A DNA stretch of 64,000 bases from Octopus vulgaris. Taxonomy: Eukaryota. Positions within the stretch are counted from its first letter, which is position 1; each line of letters starts with the position of its first letter. Under the pieces are notes generated by a model. The model was given only the letters and a program-made list of their open reading frames with translations. It had not been told where the DNA came from and ran no database searches. The stretch is taken from assembly GCA_951406725.2 (NCBI GenBank), contig OX597823.1, positions 108,066,001 through 108,130,000 on the forward strand, in the 5' to 3' direction. The position numbers and the translations under genes were made by a program. This document shows, piece after piece, positions 37,169 to 50,675 of this stretch.

Positions 37169-39353
37169 CATCAAAGAGAAGACAACTATCTTCTTCGAGG
37201 CTGCTGGTCAGCTTCAGAATTTGGCGTGCTAACTCTGGAAAAAGCTGTTGTAAGGTGCCGCCGAATCTCGCCACCACCATAGTTTGAAAACGTAGCACCC
37301 AATATCCCAAGCCGGCGACTTGCCGGTTTCAAATTACACCTAGCAGCTCAAGCCTGTATATTCCACTTCTTCCCATCGCTTCAGCACCTTTTTTTTTTCT
37401 TGGTCAGAGTGTATTTTCCAAGAAGTTCCTGTGGGAACATTATTATGAATAAAGCGTGTGCAGCACGGCACTCATTTTTTAGACTGTACTGTTTTCCTTA
37501 CGATGACCCACTATTAACCGGAACGATCCTCAGGGTTTTTTTACATCATAATATCCATCTCCTAGAAAGATGTTCTCAAAAGAAATAACGGCCTATTTCT
37601 CCCAGGTGAGCTTGAATCCCTGTTGTTCATCATCACGAATATTTTTACATCCCCACGCTATTGTTAATCTGTCTGAACCTACGCTGGGTTCATCTATCCT
37701 TCTGACATTGTTGTATTTAGTTCTACTGCGTTTTCTAACAATCCTTCTTACCAGGACAAGGTTGGTAGGGGAACCGGTTTAGTGGGTGGCTGATGACCCA
37801 GCCTTGCAGCAGGTTAAACTGCACTACACGTTTCCAAAGCACTTGTGAGCGCCCCACATCTCTCTCTCACATACACATACATACATATATTGATGCATAC
37901 ATTCATACACGTGTATGTGCAGATGCACATGTATATATGTATGTCTGTCGTTATTATGTATTTATGTATGTATTCACTTCACTAATGTGTGGGGTGTTCA
38001 GTTTATAGCTCAATGTTTTCATGCAGAACTCTGGCCACCAAAAGCCTCTTAAATTCTGGAGTTATTAGACATCCGTTATGATTTTGCCCCAAGGTATTTA
38101 ACTCCGAAAATGACACTTTAAATAATATTTATTTTTGTTGTTTATCCATTGAGTTAACATCAGCTCTGATCAAACTAACCTATGGGAAATACTTTCCAGC
38201 CGTGACCATTATATATGTTTGTTTGTTTTAAATTTCTAGACTACCTTACCTAATATGACTTTCAGTATTTTAGATAGCAGTGTGCGATTTGACCAAGATT
38301 TGGCTGCTACTTCCACTAGTATCATGCTCCATGCAGAGGTTTCTCGTCAGCTCTGTCTCTAAGTACGTATACAATAAGGCAAAATAGATCATCGCCCTGC
38401 ACTGCCAAAATTATCGGACTTTCAACAATTTGAAATCGAAATTTGTTTTCTATTTTAAAGTAATAGCATTCTAATCTACACTTGTAATCCTTCCCCAAAG
38501 CTCATATTTTCTATTAGGAAAGCTGTGTCATTTACATGTCACTCCAGCAGGACCGCGGTTTAGTACTGGGTTTCATGGTGACACGAACTGTTGATCTCAA
38601 TAGTAGTTTCCAGGGCGTTGTCCAACTATGAACTCTGGCTTGCAACAAGGTTAAGATATAAATTGAATGTAAAGTTATGTTTAGAAATAAATTTTTAAAA
38701 TCTCCAACAATTGTTTGTTTGATCGAAAATTTTTTTTCCTTTTCTCTTTCTTTGTGTTGGCTTCTTGATAAATTAATTCATTGTTAACTTTGAAAATATA
38801 AATCAATTTTAGCATTAAACAGCAAACAGATCGAAATTATTTTTACATTACAGAAAATTTCTTTCATTCCTTTGTTGAAAACAGTCAACCCTTAACTCTG
38901 GCTTGCTTTATTGCCGCAGGGCTTTCTTCATTCGTATTCGTTAAGACCAGGAAATATTTTTGTTGGTGCTCTGAATAAATCTAATGGAAGCCTCAGAAAT
39001 TTGTTACAGTTAACAAAAGGAATTTTGTTGTTGTCTTTATCAAATATCATAATAATGAAGCTAGATAGAATGTGAAAGATATATACAAGTTGAGAGAAGA
39101 AGAAGAAGAAAGCGAAAAAGAATGACTAGCAATAGAAAAACAATAGAAAAACAAAGAAAAACATGTAACAAACTACTATTTAAGAATAATCCTATAATTA
39201 AATGGATAAGGCTTAAGTTTAGATTAAAGATGGATTAAATTGATTTATATAAACACACTGTTAGAATGCTTCATTTGTTATAGAAACAACTGGAAACGGA
39301 GTTTAATCTTAAGATTTTTTATTTCATTGTTGTTGTCACCGTTGTTATTGTTG

Positions 39354-39407
<54 letters not shown>

Positions 39408-40015
39408 CAAATCGCTGGAGATTATATTTTGTATTTATTGTTTTGTTTGAAATATTGTTAAACCTCGATTTTATGTATCTAGGAGAGTTTTAAGGTTTTA
39501 CTTTTGGAATTTTTTATTAATTTATCTTTGCTTGTTTGTATAATGCTTAGCTGCACTTAATTAATCTTTGCTGATTAGTGATTTATCATTGTACTGGCTG
39601 AATGGTTAGGTCACGGGTTCAAGCTATGTCAAAGGCGTTATTATTACATTCGTCACCTCCTCCAACCTCGACTATTCACCACCCACTAACAATAACCTTC
39701 TCTAGTTCCGTCTAACTTCACTGTTCTCACACATAACTGTTGTTAGTGGTTCAATAAGACTGTTGGTAAATGGCACAACTGGATCGTTTCAAACCCCCAG
39801 CTTTCTCTCTCCTCCCTCTCTCTCTCTCCCTCCTCTCTCTCTCCCTCCTCTCTCTCTCTCACACACACACATCTATTTCAAAGTTGTAAAATAAGCTTTA
39901 CGAATAATGGCGACGAAAGACATTGAACTAGCGATACGTTTGCTCCGGTGAATGATGTGAATGATATAAATTTACAAACTCATCCAACACATGCTGGCGT
40001 CGAAAGAGAGACGTC

Positions 40016-40070
40016 AAAAGAGCAAACAAAAGTCAAATAAAAAGAGCAAACAAAAGTCAAATAAAAAGAG
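40016..40070. repeat. 24-bp tandem duplication
   Basis: aaaagagcaaacaaaagtcaaata, slightly more than 2 copies. Confidence 0.9.
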
Positions 40071-40832
40071 GATGAATTATAAATTTAATATTCATCGGTT
40101 CGTTCGGAATGTGGGACACTAGCTCATTTTTAGTAAAGGATCACAGCGAAAACCATGAGTAAGATCAGTGATATTACTTACTACCAGGATTAAAGCTTTT
40201 ATTTATCTTTGTGATTGGACAGATTGGACAGAAATGGTAGTGTCCAGATAAATCTGTCACAAAGAGATGAAGTTTTGGTGAGGAAGCAATGACAAAAAAT
40301 TGCGGTTATTTAATCCCAATTCTGATCATGAAATTCTAACATCCAGGTCATTCCAGTCGAGACAATTCCCCTAAGTTATTTCTTGCAAGTTGAGCGACCA
40401 CGTAGAGGCTTCTTCGTTGATTTTATTTACTTCCTTTCCATGGAGTTTCTGAAGAATGATATGCAACAGAGGTGAAAAGAAAAGAAGGTGAGGCGTGTTC
40501 GAATACCAGTGTAGCCCTGCTTACTATAAAGAAGCAACAACATACGCCGATAAAACTTCATTGTGAAGATGAGGCTGTGTATGTCTATATACGTTGATTT
40601 AATAGACAGATCTATGATTAAAGTTTATTGCAGCGATGACTTTACTGCCTTACCGTCTGAAATAGTGTGTCTCAGGCATGATACAAATGTAAATTTGTAT
40701 GGTGTTAAGGCACGCGTTGAGAGAGATTTGCTTTCTTTTTCTAGCAGGTCAGTAGACACTTGTGTGTTTGAACTTGAGCCAGCGGTAGACGAGATGCAAA
40801 ATGGATACAAGACATTGGTCTAGAGATTACAG

Positions 40833-41209
40833 TGTAATATGGAGAAAACACATGACTCTCTGCTGGTCTGTTGTGTCCCAGGATGTAGTCTAGGTCACGA
40901 TTTCCTCAATGACATGAGGGTAGTATAAAAGAGAATGTTCTGACAGAACTGTTTAAGAGGCCATTTGGTTTAGTTTGGTTCGTCTGTGGAAACAAACTGT
41001 GTTATTATCTAATTTATTGATGTGTGAACCAATATATTACAGGAAAAGGGGAAACCTGGAAACAAGATAGTGTGTATATAAGAGAGTAGAGGGGTAAATA
41101 ACATTTGGGAATCATCTGTCTGGAGCTTGTACAAGTAAATGTACTTCATATTTTTGTTTAATAAACAACATAAGTTGTCTGCTGTTGACTAATTGTACGT
41201 TGCGTTACA
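40833..41209 (+). mobile_element. Possible solo LTR (~377 bp)
   Basis: TGTAA...TTACA termini, TATAAAA (~40925), TATATAA (~41075) and AATAAA (~41160). No clear TSD. Confidence 0.4.
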
Positions 41210-41429
41210 AGAGACATCTGGAGGTCAGCAAGCCATAACAACAACTACATTATCACATAACGTGGAACTGTGGACAGATACACGCACTCATTATTAACAC
41301 ACATACGTTTATACACTCAGACGCGTATGGGGAAAATACATCCCGTACATGCAATATTAAACAAAAGCCTAAATAGGATATCACTACTATCAGGACCACC
41401 GCCGCCACCACCACCACCACCACCGAATA

Positions 41430-41462
<33 letters not shown>

Positions 41463-41572
41463 AATCATCATCATCATCACTGCAAGTAAAAACAGCCCAA
41501 CCCAATTATCGCCAATACCACTACTATGGTGCCGCCGCCGCCACCGCCAGTAACAGTAGCAGCAGCAGCAGC

Positions 41573-41603
<31 letters not shown>

Positions 41604-41932
41604 TCAAGGACAATAACAGCTCAATTCCAATTACCGCCACCGCCGCTGCCGTACAATAAAATATTTACAAAATAATAAACTACAGCTACAGATGCACCAC
41701 CCGTCCCCTTCCCCGACGCCAGTTCTTTGTCAAGTCAAGAATGTCATAAAACTTCAACTTAACATTACATGTTATTTTCTCCATTTTCTGAACCGCACCC
41801 TAAATACACATTTACACATGTGTAGATACTCATACTTACACACACACACACACACACAAACACACACACGTGCACACACACGTGCACAAGTACCATGCAT
41901 GAACATACATATATGTGTGTGTATGTGTGTGA

Positions 41933-41978
<46 letters not shown>

Positions 41979-42490
41979 AATCGTATAATCATACAAATAT
42001 ACAAATCACCCCACACATATGTACGCACTGACGCATATATATATATTGGGCGTATTGGACGTGTGTGTATGCATGTGCATCTACGTATCTACACTTATCT
42101 CATTACCCTCGCACACAATAAAGAGGAAGCAACACACGCCGATAACACTTCATCCTGAAGATGATACTGTGAAGGTCTAGATACGATGATAAAGGATTTG
42201 GAAGCTTTACTGTCCGAAAAAAAGACTGTCAGGAAATTATATAGAAAATAAGAAAAGAAAAGAATACTCGATAACAGCGATAAAAATTGCTTCAAAGAAA
42301 GACTGCTTCACATATAAATCTCTCTCTATAATTGAATAAGTTGGAGTCAACAAGAAGGAGTACAGTTGGGCATTTATTCGCAATCACTACAATCGTTTCT
42401 ACGCAACGTAGTTCTCCAGGTTTGCAGGTATCTGAAACCTGAAGGTAGACGAGATTTATACTGTGCTCTACTACGTTCTTAACAGAATAT

Positions 42491-42576
<86 letters not shown>

Positions 42577-42595
42577 TGTGTGTGTGTATAAAAAT

Positions 42596-43120
42596 TATAT
42601 ATAAAAATACAAAAGGGACAAGAACGCAAAACACACAAAGAGACGACACAAAAAACGGACGTGTCATTTGAAGCCTCTAATCTTCAGTCAGGAACCGGAT
42701 CATCCTAGCAATTTCGGCTGATTAATCCTCATATCGCTCCGATCCGGCCAGCCCCAAGGAAAAACTAAGCTGCGAGCATTAGATTTCTTGGGAAAAGGAT
42801 CGAATGTAAACGAAACAAGGACAGAAAAACGGACGATGCCACACGAATATAAATACAAAAAACAAAAATAAAAAAACAAGAATAGTGATAACAGGACAAA
42901 AACAGCGGGTGTCTTACGACTTTAGACAGTTTAACTTATCTTAGCTGGCGTATTTGAAAATAAATGCCTTTGCAGCAGACGAAGAGAACAGTGTTGTCGT
43001 GGCGGCGGTCAAAGGCCGAAAGGCTAGTTGACGAGCGGTCACGTGAGAGGAGAGAAGACTAGAGAGCAAACCAGGGGGGGAGGAATCAAAGAGAGAGAGA
43101 AAAAGAGGGACAAAGGCACC
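42596..43120 (+). mobile_element. Second copy of the PLE 5' terminal region
   Basis: ggccagccccaaggaaaaactaagct..gagcattagatt and gggacaagaacgcaaaaca match the reverse complement of 17440-17720. Confidence 0.75.
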
Positions 43121-43132
43121 ATATATATATAT

Positions 43133-43276
43133 ACCGGAGTAAACACATAAATGTGAAACAAGGTGGAAAAAAGAGTACTCAAATACCAGTGGTAGAGTAA
43201 TATGCTTTATTTAAAGCAGCAGAAAATTCAACAAAACCTGTTACACTGAGTTTCACGTTGCCGTTCGTCGTCAGAC
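43133..43276 (-). mobile_element. Short terminal module with a hammerhead-like motif
   Basis: The minus strand reads CTGACGA-(cga)-ACG GCAA CGT-GAAAC-tcagt-GTA-acag. It abuts (TA)n. Confidence 0.55.
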
Positions 43277-43389
43277 CAAAAGGTTTCAGGTAATGCTGAG
43301 TAAGTGCTATGGATAGACCATAGTTAAGCTCCAGGTTCGGTGATTATGCGAATAAGGGGTCCAACGTAGGTCATATATCAGCGTGTGTA

Positions 43390-43512
43390 TATATAAAAAA
43401 TTATTTTTCAGAATGAGATAAAAAAAAAACAAAGGCTGTGAAGATTTTAGAACATTTATAAATAGAAGGTCTTACAGCTTTTTCCAGGATATTTATTATA
43501 TCCCTTCAGAGG
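43390..43512 (-). mobile_element. PLE-type terminal module with decayed hammerhead (copy 2)
   Basis: Homologous to 24785-24920. The minus strand reads ct-ctgaagg-gatat aataa atatc-ctg-gaaa-aagctg-ta-agac. Confidence 0.55.
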
Positions 43513-43978
43513 GTATTTAAGCAATGCGTTCTTGGATAGTTGATGGGTTGGATATTGTGCTGATGAAAGAGTGATAACTCTTGAAATATGCATAAACAGT
43601 CCTTGCCTATGTTTTCTCTCTTCGACCACATTCCCATGGATGTATCCGTATGCGAAACGTCGTCACTTCCAGAGCTGTCTCTGAATTCTATAGAAAATCT
43701 ATGAAGGTAAACTTTAACATGAGGACATCGCACTGCTAACATAAAAGCAAGACAATATTGACTCGTAAACATTTAATATTCTTCGTAGTATATTATGGTT
43801 GCCAACGTCCATGTGAATAATGTAGTTAACGATGCACAGCTGCTAGAGGAAATGTCCTTTTGGGATTAAAGTATCGCAATAGAGTCCGCTCGAAAGGACA
43901 GCCATGTTAAAGTGTCTACGAATATTACTTATAAGTATAACTACTGCGTTGATCTCTTAGAGAGATTTTAGAACTAGC

Positions 43979-44190
<212 letters not shown>

Positions 44191-44321
44191 ATGTGCGTGG
44201 ACAACTTACACACACACACACGGCAGCACTAACAATAGCAACTTGCGTAGGTGGATTAAGAAGTTTTAGAAAGGGAGAAACCAGCATCGCAAACCACACC
44301 GCGCAGGAGCACGTATGCAAC

Positions 44322-44660
44322 CGTTGGCAGAATAGTTAGGGCGTCTAACAAAATGCCTTGTAGCATTCGTTTCGGCTCTTTACAGTTTGAGTTCAAATAC
44401 TGATCCTTTCGGAGTCGATGAAATAAGCTCTGGAGTTGATGGTATCTACTGTAATCCTTCCCTCAGAATTGCTGGTATTGTACCTAAATCAGAAACCAGT
44501 AGGTGTTCCTGCTCTTTACCCTTTAAATTCAAATCGCACCGAATTCATCCTTCCGAGGTCGATAAAACAAAGTACTAGTCAAGTACTGGGTTCGATATAA
44601 TCGACTTTTCTCCTTCTCCAAATACCAACTGGGCCTTGTGCTTGTGTTAGAAATAATTAT
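44322..44660 (+). mobile_element. SINE A, diverged and partly duplicated copy
   Basis: Contains gagttcaaatac, tcctttcggagtcgat, ttcatccttccgaggtcgataaaacaaagtac and tail ggccttgtgc. Confidence 0.7.
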
Positions 44661-45384
44661 CTATTTATTAGATTCTTCTCACAGTCACCAAACGCCAGGA
44701 AATCGTAACTGCCAAGAAGCTTACGACCACTTCGTAAAAACCTATACACATACATTTAAATGTGATTATTTCGCAACAGCAAAAGCGGAGAAAAAAAAAG
44801 CTAAAAAAAGAAAAAAAATTATGGAGTTAAAAAAAATAACCGAATAGATAAAAATAAGAATGGAAAATTTCTATTATTTCTGGCGAGTTCTTGGCGAAAC
44901 ACTTACAGCAAAGAACACATTTATTATGCAACAGAAACTCAGCTCTTAAAAACATTTTGAAATCAATTCTCGCCATCGTTTGAAAGACCATGTCACAAAT
45001 AAATGCAAGACGATGTTTACATTTCAACTAACTGATAATCTTATCACTTTATTTCATCACATTTCTCCGTTGTTGTTTGCTGTTTTGACATATTTTCTCG
45101 TCTAAAAACGCCTAAAATGGATGAAATTAGATTACGTAAGCTCAGAGCAATGGTAGATGTTACGACTGCGATACAAGTCAATTTAATATATACTGGCGTC
45201 ATTCGGACAAGACAAGACAATCCGACATGCGGTAGGAAAGTCGATGACTGGAATAACTTAAAGCAAACTAAAGCCCTTGATGCGCTTTTCTTTAGCTTCA
45301 TTTTTTTGTTCTTTGAACGACTTTAGAACTAAGTTTACCAAAAATAGTGAGGATGTTGCGTCTATTTCCTCTCCCCCCCCCATC

Positions 45385-45576
45385 CTTGTTGTTGTTGTTG
45401 CTCTTCTTCTTCTTCTTCTTCTTCTTCTTCTTCTTCTTCTTCTTCTTCTTCTTCTTCTTCTTCTTCTTTACTACCATTATATGCTACTGTCTTCATCATC
45501 ACTGTCTTCCTCGTCGTCGTACAAGTCAGCAACAATAGGATCACTCCTCTTCCTCCTCTTCCTCCGCTTCCTCTTC

Positions 45577-45631
<55 letters not shown>

Positions 45632-45657
45632 CATCATCATCATAATCATCATCATCA

Positions 45658-45709
<52 letters not shown>

Positions 45710-45710
45710 C
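45385..45710. repeat. (GTT)(TTC)n...(TTA)n/(TCA)n compound tract
   Basis: Direct reading. Confidence 0.95.
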
Positions 45711-45789
45711 TAATTATTCTAATAAAAGACACGACATCCATATAATGTGACCAAGTTTTGCAAATACATTCTTCTCACCATTGTTGTAT

Positions 45790-45930
45790 AGAATAATAGA
45801 AAGGATTATAGAGAAGCTATTGGGAACCAATAGAATAGCAGGGATTATAGAGAAATTATTGTGAGCCAATAGAATACTAGGAATTATAGAGAAATTATTG
45901 CGAACCAATGGAATAGCAGGAATTAGAGAG
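45790..45930. repeat. 39-bp minisatellite, about 3.5 copies
   Basis: Unit aatagaatagcagggattatagagaaattattgtgagcc. Confidence 0.9.
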
Positions 45931-46719
45931 ATGTTTTTGATGATCGAAGTACAGTGTTCCAATTTCAGTTGGCAAATTCGGTGGAGCACCAGAATAAATG
46001 CCTTGTGTTTTTTAGTTATGTCTCTTTAGATTGTGATTTCAAATCCTTTCAAAGTCGATTTTCTTTTCATCCTACAGGTGTTTTTGAAATAACTACCTGT
46101 CAGATTCTAAGATCGAGTAAATCGAAATCGAATATGTAACTCCCACCCACTCACCTCACCCCAGCAAATGTGTGACCGTTTGCCAAACTTAGAAACGATA
46201 GTTAATACTATGGAAGAGGCGGTGGGTGGCAGAAATAGATTATAGTTAATCCCCGATTCCCGATGGGTGGACCAGCAAATAAACATTCTGGAAAGTACAT
46301 TTTGGCTTTTGTTCTTATGTGTACACTTTGACTCACACGTACAATTATATAAATCTATTCGTATACCCACATTACAATACCGTAATAGATGTCCCTGATT
46401 TTATAGCGTTGATAGTGAGCGCATAAAAGTTTAGTAAAATAAACGCTAACACGCTCGATGCTATGAACACGGTAACTTTAATTAAGTCCATATCTGGCTA
46501 TGTATGTCAAGCGGTTGATTGTCAAGCGGTTTCTATCCACAGCTGAAAAAGAAAGAAAATATTATTTGACGGTTGATTCAGATCTGCAATGGTATGAAAA
46601 GGGCGAAGAGAATCGTAATATTCCATTCTTTATTCACAACTATTTTTTTACAATACCACTTTTATGTGAATCTTCACTTGTTGATCTTGTTTCTGATTAA
46701 ATTCTTTAATTTCCCTAAT

Positions 46720-48050
46720 ATCACAAAGAGATGTCTTAGAGATCCAGTCAAGCCAGATGCCATCATTTGTCTTTCCGTAAACTGAGTGTAGATGACTTTG
46801 GAACTTTGAGAAGTCTTTCAGGAATCATCTTATTGTTCATTAGACCAAACACCTACAAAATCGCATTTTGCAAGCTTACTGTTCTGCTAGTAACAAACTG
46901 CTGTTCAATTCGATATTTTTGGATGTGATTTTATGATTCCGTCTTATTCTTATTAGACGCAGAATCTTGAAAATTACTGAAACGACTGGAATAAATCTAC
47001 AAGTCGTTGGGCTGGTTGTTCTGTCTTACATTGGAATTAGGAATGTAATCTTTGGAGTTTGGAACGTAATCTCTTGTGTTAGCCAATGTGGAGCTCATAT
47101 ATGAGTCTTCAATAATTCTGATGAATCAAGAGTTTTACAGAACCTGAAGAATTTCATCAAAACTATTTTGCTTTCTTCATCCATTGGAGGGAATGGCCTT
47201 CGTTTTACTTCTCCCAGCTTCTCTTATATCTTTCACCTCTAATTTATTCTATCTTTAGTTTGACGTGATAACTAATTTAAACTTTATCAGACACATTGAA
47301 ACTTCTTGCAAACGGTTTGTTTTTTACTGAATTCCCGCGTACTTTCTAAAAAATTATTTTAAACGAAGCGAATATTTATTTTTGTTCACTAGATATTTGT
47401 TTTATTTTTTTCAATTTGTTTTCTAATTTCTAGGTCCTTGATATATAATCATTTCAGTTGTTCTGTGTTTACGGATATAATTGCTTTTATATTTTTATAA
47501 TTCTTTGGATATTTTATTTCCCTAGTTTTGTTCTGTAGTAAATATACACCAAGGCCATTTAGTTGACTTTGTTTTCCAACTAGCTTCTGGCTCGCAGAGG
47601 TACTAATCTATCTGTATATTCCAAGCGGTGAGCTGGCAGAAACGTTAGCACGCCGGGCGAAATGCGTAGCCGTATTTCGTCTGCCGTTACGTTCTGAGTT
47701 CAAATTCCGCCGAGGTCGACTTTGCCTTTCATCCTTTCGGGGTCGATAAATTAAGTACCAGTTACGCACTGGGGTCGATATAATCGACTTAATCTGTTTG
47801 TCTGTCCTTGTTTATCCCCTCTGTGTTTAGCCCCTTGTGGGTCGTAAAGAAATATATCTGTATATTCCAACGGATTTTGTTTCTCTGGACAAGCAAGTTG
47901 AATGCCATGACTACCACTGGTCAAGCTGGTCCTGTGTTCCTTGCTCTCCTCTTCCCTTTCCTATCGTGCTTCATTTTTAAGCATCCTATTAAAATACCTT
48001 CCAAATAATTTCCTCCCAGAATGGAATCTCCTCTGGAATTTCATCTTTTT
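46720..48050 (-). pseudogene. Highly decayed reverse-transcriptase region of an RLE-type LINE, interrupted by a SINE
   Basis: The minus strand at ~47086-46965 reads WLTQEITF..ITFLIP..DRTTSPTTCRFIPVVSVIFKIL, similar to WLT.G.T.LIPK..T..P.NYRPI..L..IYK.L, then LLLAEQ.AC. The outer boundaries are uncertain. Confidence 0.55.
47625..47854 (+). mobile_element. SINE A, young monomer with a perfect 16-bp TSD
   Basis: TSD tatctgtatattccaa at 47609-47624 and 47855-47870. Confidence 0.95.
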
Positions 48051-48317
48051 CTCACAAACCACGACTTCTAGGACTTAGAATTGATCATCGAACACAATGA
48101 CTCCAAGTCTACAAAAGGTGTGGACACTTAACTCCTTTTTGTTTCTACCTTACACGTAAATCGCTTACATCTAAAACAAGGAGTCAAACCCTATCAATGG
48201 GGTCTTCGTGAGAGCTGAAATCGTGACATTTGAATCGGTAACGTTGCAGAATCATTTTAAACTCTGCCTTTTTTAGCATTAAAATTAGCTTCATAACGAA
48301 TCGGACTACGTTTTCAT

Positions 48318-48319
<2 letters not shown>

Positions 48320-48400
<81 letters not shown>

Positions 48401-48480
48401 CACACACACGCACACACACACACACGCATACACACACACACACATACACACACGCATATACAAACACACACGCACACATA
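48320..48480. repeat. (CA)n microsatellite
   Basis: Direct reading. Confidence 0.95.
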
Positions 48481-48999
48481 CATGCAAATATATGCGTAAA
48501 TTCCAACACAGCAGCAATATTAAGCCTAAATGTCAACGAGTTTACGTGCACTCACTAACACAGAGATATGCTCAAGTTGAACACACATGAAAACATTTAA
48601 ACACACACATACACACATGCTCACATACACACAAACATACTCGTGTACATACTCTCATATACGCACACACTCTGAGAAAATCCTATTTTAATGATTTATT
48701 ATTTAACCACTGCCCAAAATATACTTAAGACTTTCTCAAATTGATTTATTGTTAATAAGTTAGTACTTCTGCTTTCCTGTTGCAGCGTGGATTGTAAATT
48801 TATTTTTATAATCTTTATTTGACTAAGTTTTATTATTCATATTCAAATACACTTCAACTTAAATTAATTGAGAACGCATGCAAAACACATTAGAGTATTA
48901 ATTGCTTATAAATACGAAGTCATTATGTCGCACCGTTCTTGTTCAGCAAATATTAAATCTACTCCCTTTCCGTCCCTCGTCCTCTCTCTCTGTATATAT

Positions 49000-49386
49000 A
49001 CTCTTTTACTGGTTTCAGTCATTTGGCTGTGGCCATGCTGGAGCACCGCCTTTAGTCGAGCAAATCGACCCCAGGATTTATTCTTTGTAAGCCTAGTACT
49101 TATTCTATCGGTCTCTTTTGCCGAACCGCTGACGGGGACGTAAACACACCAGCATTGGTTGTCAAGCGATATTGGGGAGACAAACACAGACACACAACAT
49201 ATACACACACACATATATATATACATATATACGATGGGCTTCTTTCAGTTTCCGTCTACCAAATCCACTCGCAAGGTTTTGGTTGACCCGAGGCTATAGT
49301 AGAAGACACTTGCCCACGGTGCCACGTAGTGGGACTGAACCCTGAACCATGTGGTTGGTAAGCAAGCTACTTACCACACAGCCACT
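49000..49386 (-). mobile_element. SINE B
   Basis: Reverse complement of family B, nearly full length. Confidence 0.9.
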
Positions 49387-49464
49387 TTATAAACACACAC
49401 GTACATGCATCTATACACGTATATACACATGCATATTTATACACACATCACACATACATACATA

Positions 49465-49900
49465 AAAATTAGAACAATCACCAAGTTAAAACACGACCGG
49501 CCAGATATTGTTGTGTAGGACCACAAGGAAAGATATGATTTGTTGTGGAAATCAACTGCCCTTTGGTTACCAATGTGGTTCGAAAAATACAAGAGAAAGA
49601 GGACATCTCTGAACCATTAAAAAGGAGTTTGAAAATCCTGTACCCAAGATACCCTTTCAGCTTCATACCTGTTATTATTGGAGCGACAAGATACAAACCA
49701 ACCCGTCTGAAGCAAAGTATGGCTGAACTCGGGTTCTTGAGGAGAGAACGTAAATCCTTAATTCTTACGATATCTGGCACTATAAATATCTGCAAGACGT
49801 TCTCAGGATTTAAAGGATGATGAACAAAGCAAGATGTTTTCCTTGACAACTTTGCTACCAAGTCGATGGCCGGTCAAAATTTACTCTAAATTAAAAAGAG
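49465..49900 (+). mobile_element. RLE-LINE 3' fragment (divergent relative of the 50.7-51.5 kb element)
   Basis: KHDRPDIVV*D...VVEINCP...EKE...LYPRYPFSFIPVIIGA...LGF...SGTINICKTF parallels ORF 50867-51397. Confidence 0.8.
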
Positions 49901-50218
49901 AAAGAGAAGAACATAACATACTAACAATATATATGTTTGTATCCAGATATATCCGACATATGAATGTTGATCAATCTGCATAAAATAGTAACTTAATTTC
50001 TCTTAAATCAAACCCTGCTGTCTTAAAAGAGACAGGACTTATTGAATAACCCTATCCCCCCAAAATACAGGTTTATTCCAGCTGGATATTTTAATCAAAG
50101 GTCCTCTGATTGGGATTGAGCTGGGCTAAATTGCGTCGCACAACAACGATCCTTTAACTTCCTCTACATGCTTTGTGTATTAGGATCTAAAAAAATGATC
50201 TGCGGTATATTGCTTAGT

Positions 50219-50350
50219 AGATCAACCTAACTGGAGATGAACTCAACTGGAGACCAACTTAACTGGAGGTTAACCTAGCTGGAGATCAACATAAGTGGCG
50301 AGTAACCAGGCTGAAAATCGAGATTCTGACTGGAGAGTAACCTGAATGAA
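50219..50350. repeat. 16-bp degenerate minisatellite
   Basis: agatcaacctaactgg-like unit, about 6-8 copies. Confidence 0.75.
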
Positions 50351-50675
50351 GTAGCTAATTTAGTAATAACAGAAGAAAATTCTCTAGATACATATTTCAC
50401 CATCATCAGTGTACTGGATATGCGTTATCAAAGATTGAAAGCATTGTTTTGTTGCTTAGCTCCACGTCAGCATTGATCTTGGCGATTCCAGCCATGACTA
50501 TTCACACTGTATCAAAGACTATACTGTACAATGTGCACTCCAAGCTTGAAATGCAGTAGGGTATAATTTGAGGGTTAATTCGTTGCTACTTCTAAGAGAA
50601 CCTGTGACTACGTAGAAACGCGCTTGTGTGCGTCTGTACTTTTGTATGCTTGTCTATGTGCTGAAGCATGTATGT

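Noticed and set aside
46377-46474. taccgt...acggta as a tiny MITE
   Set aside because: The inverted match is only about 6 bp and there is a single copy.
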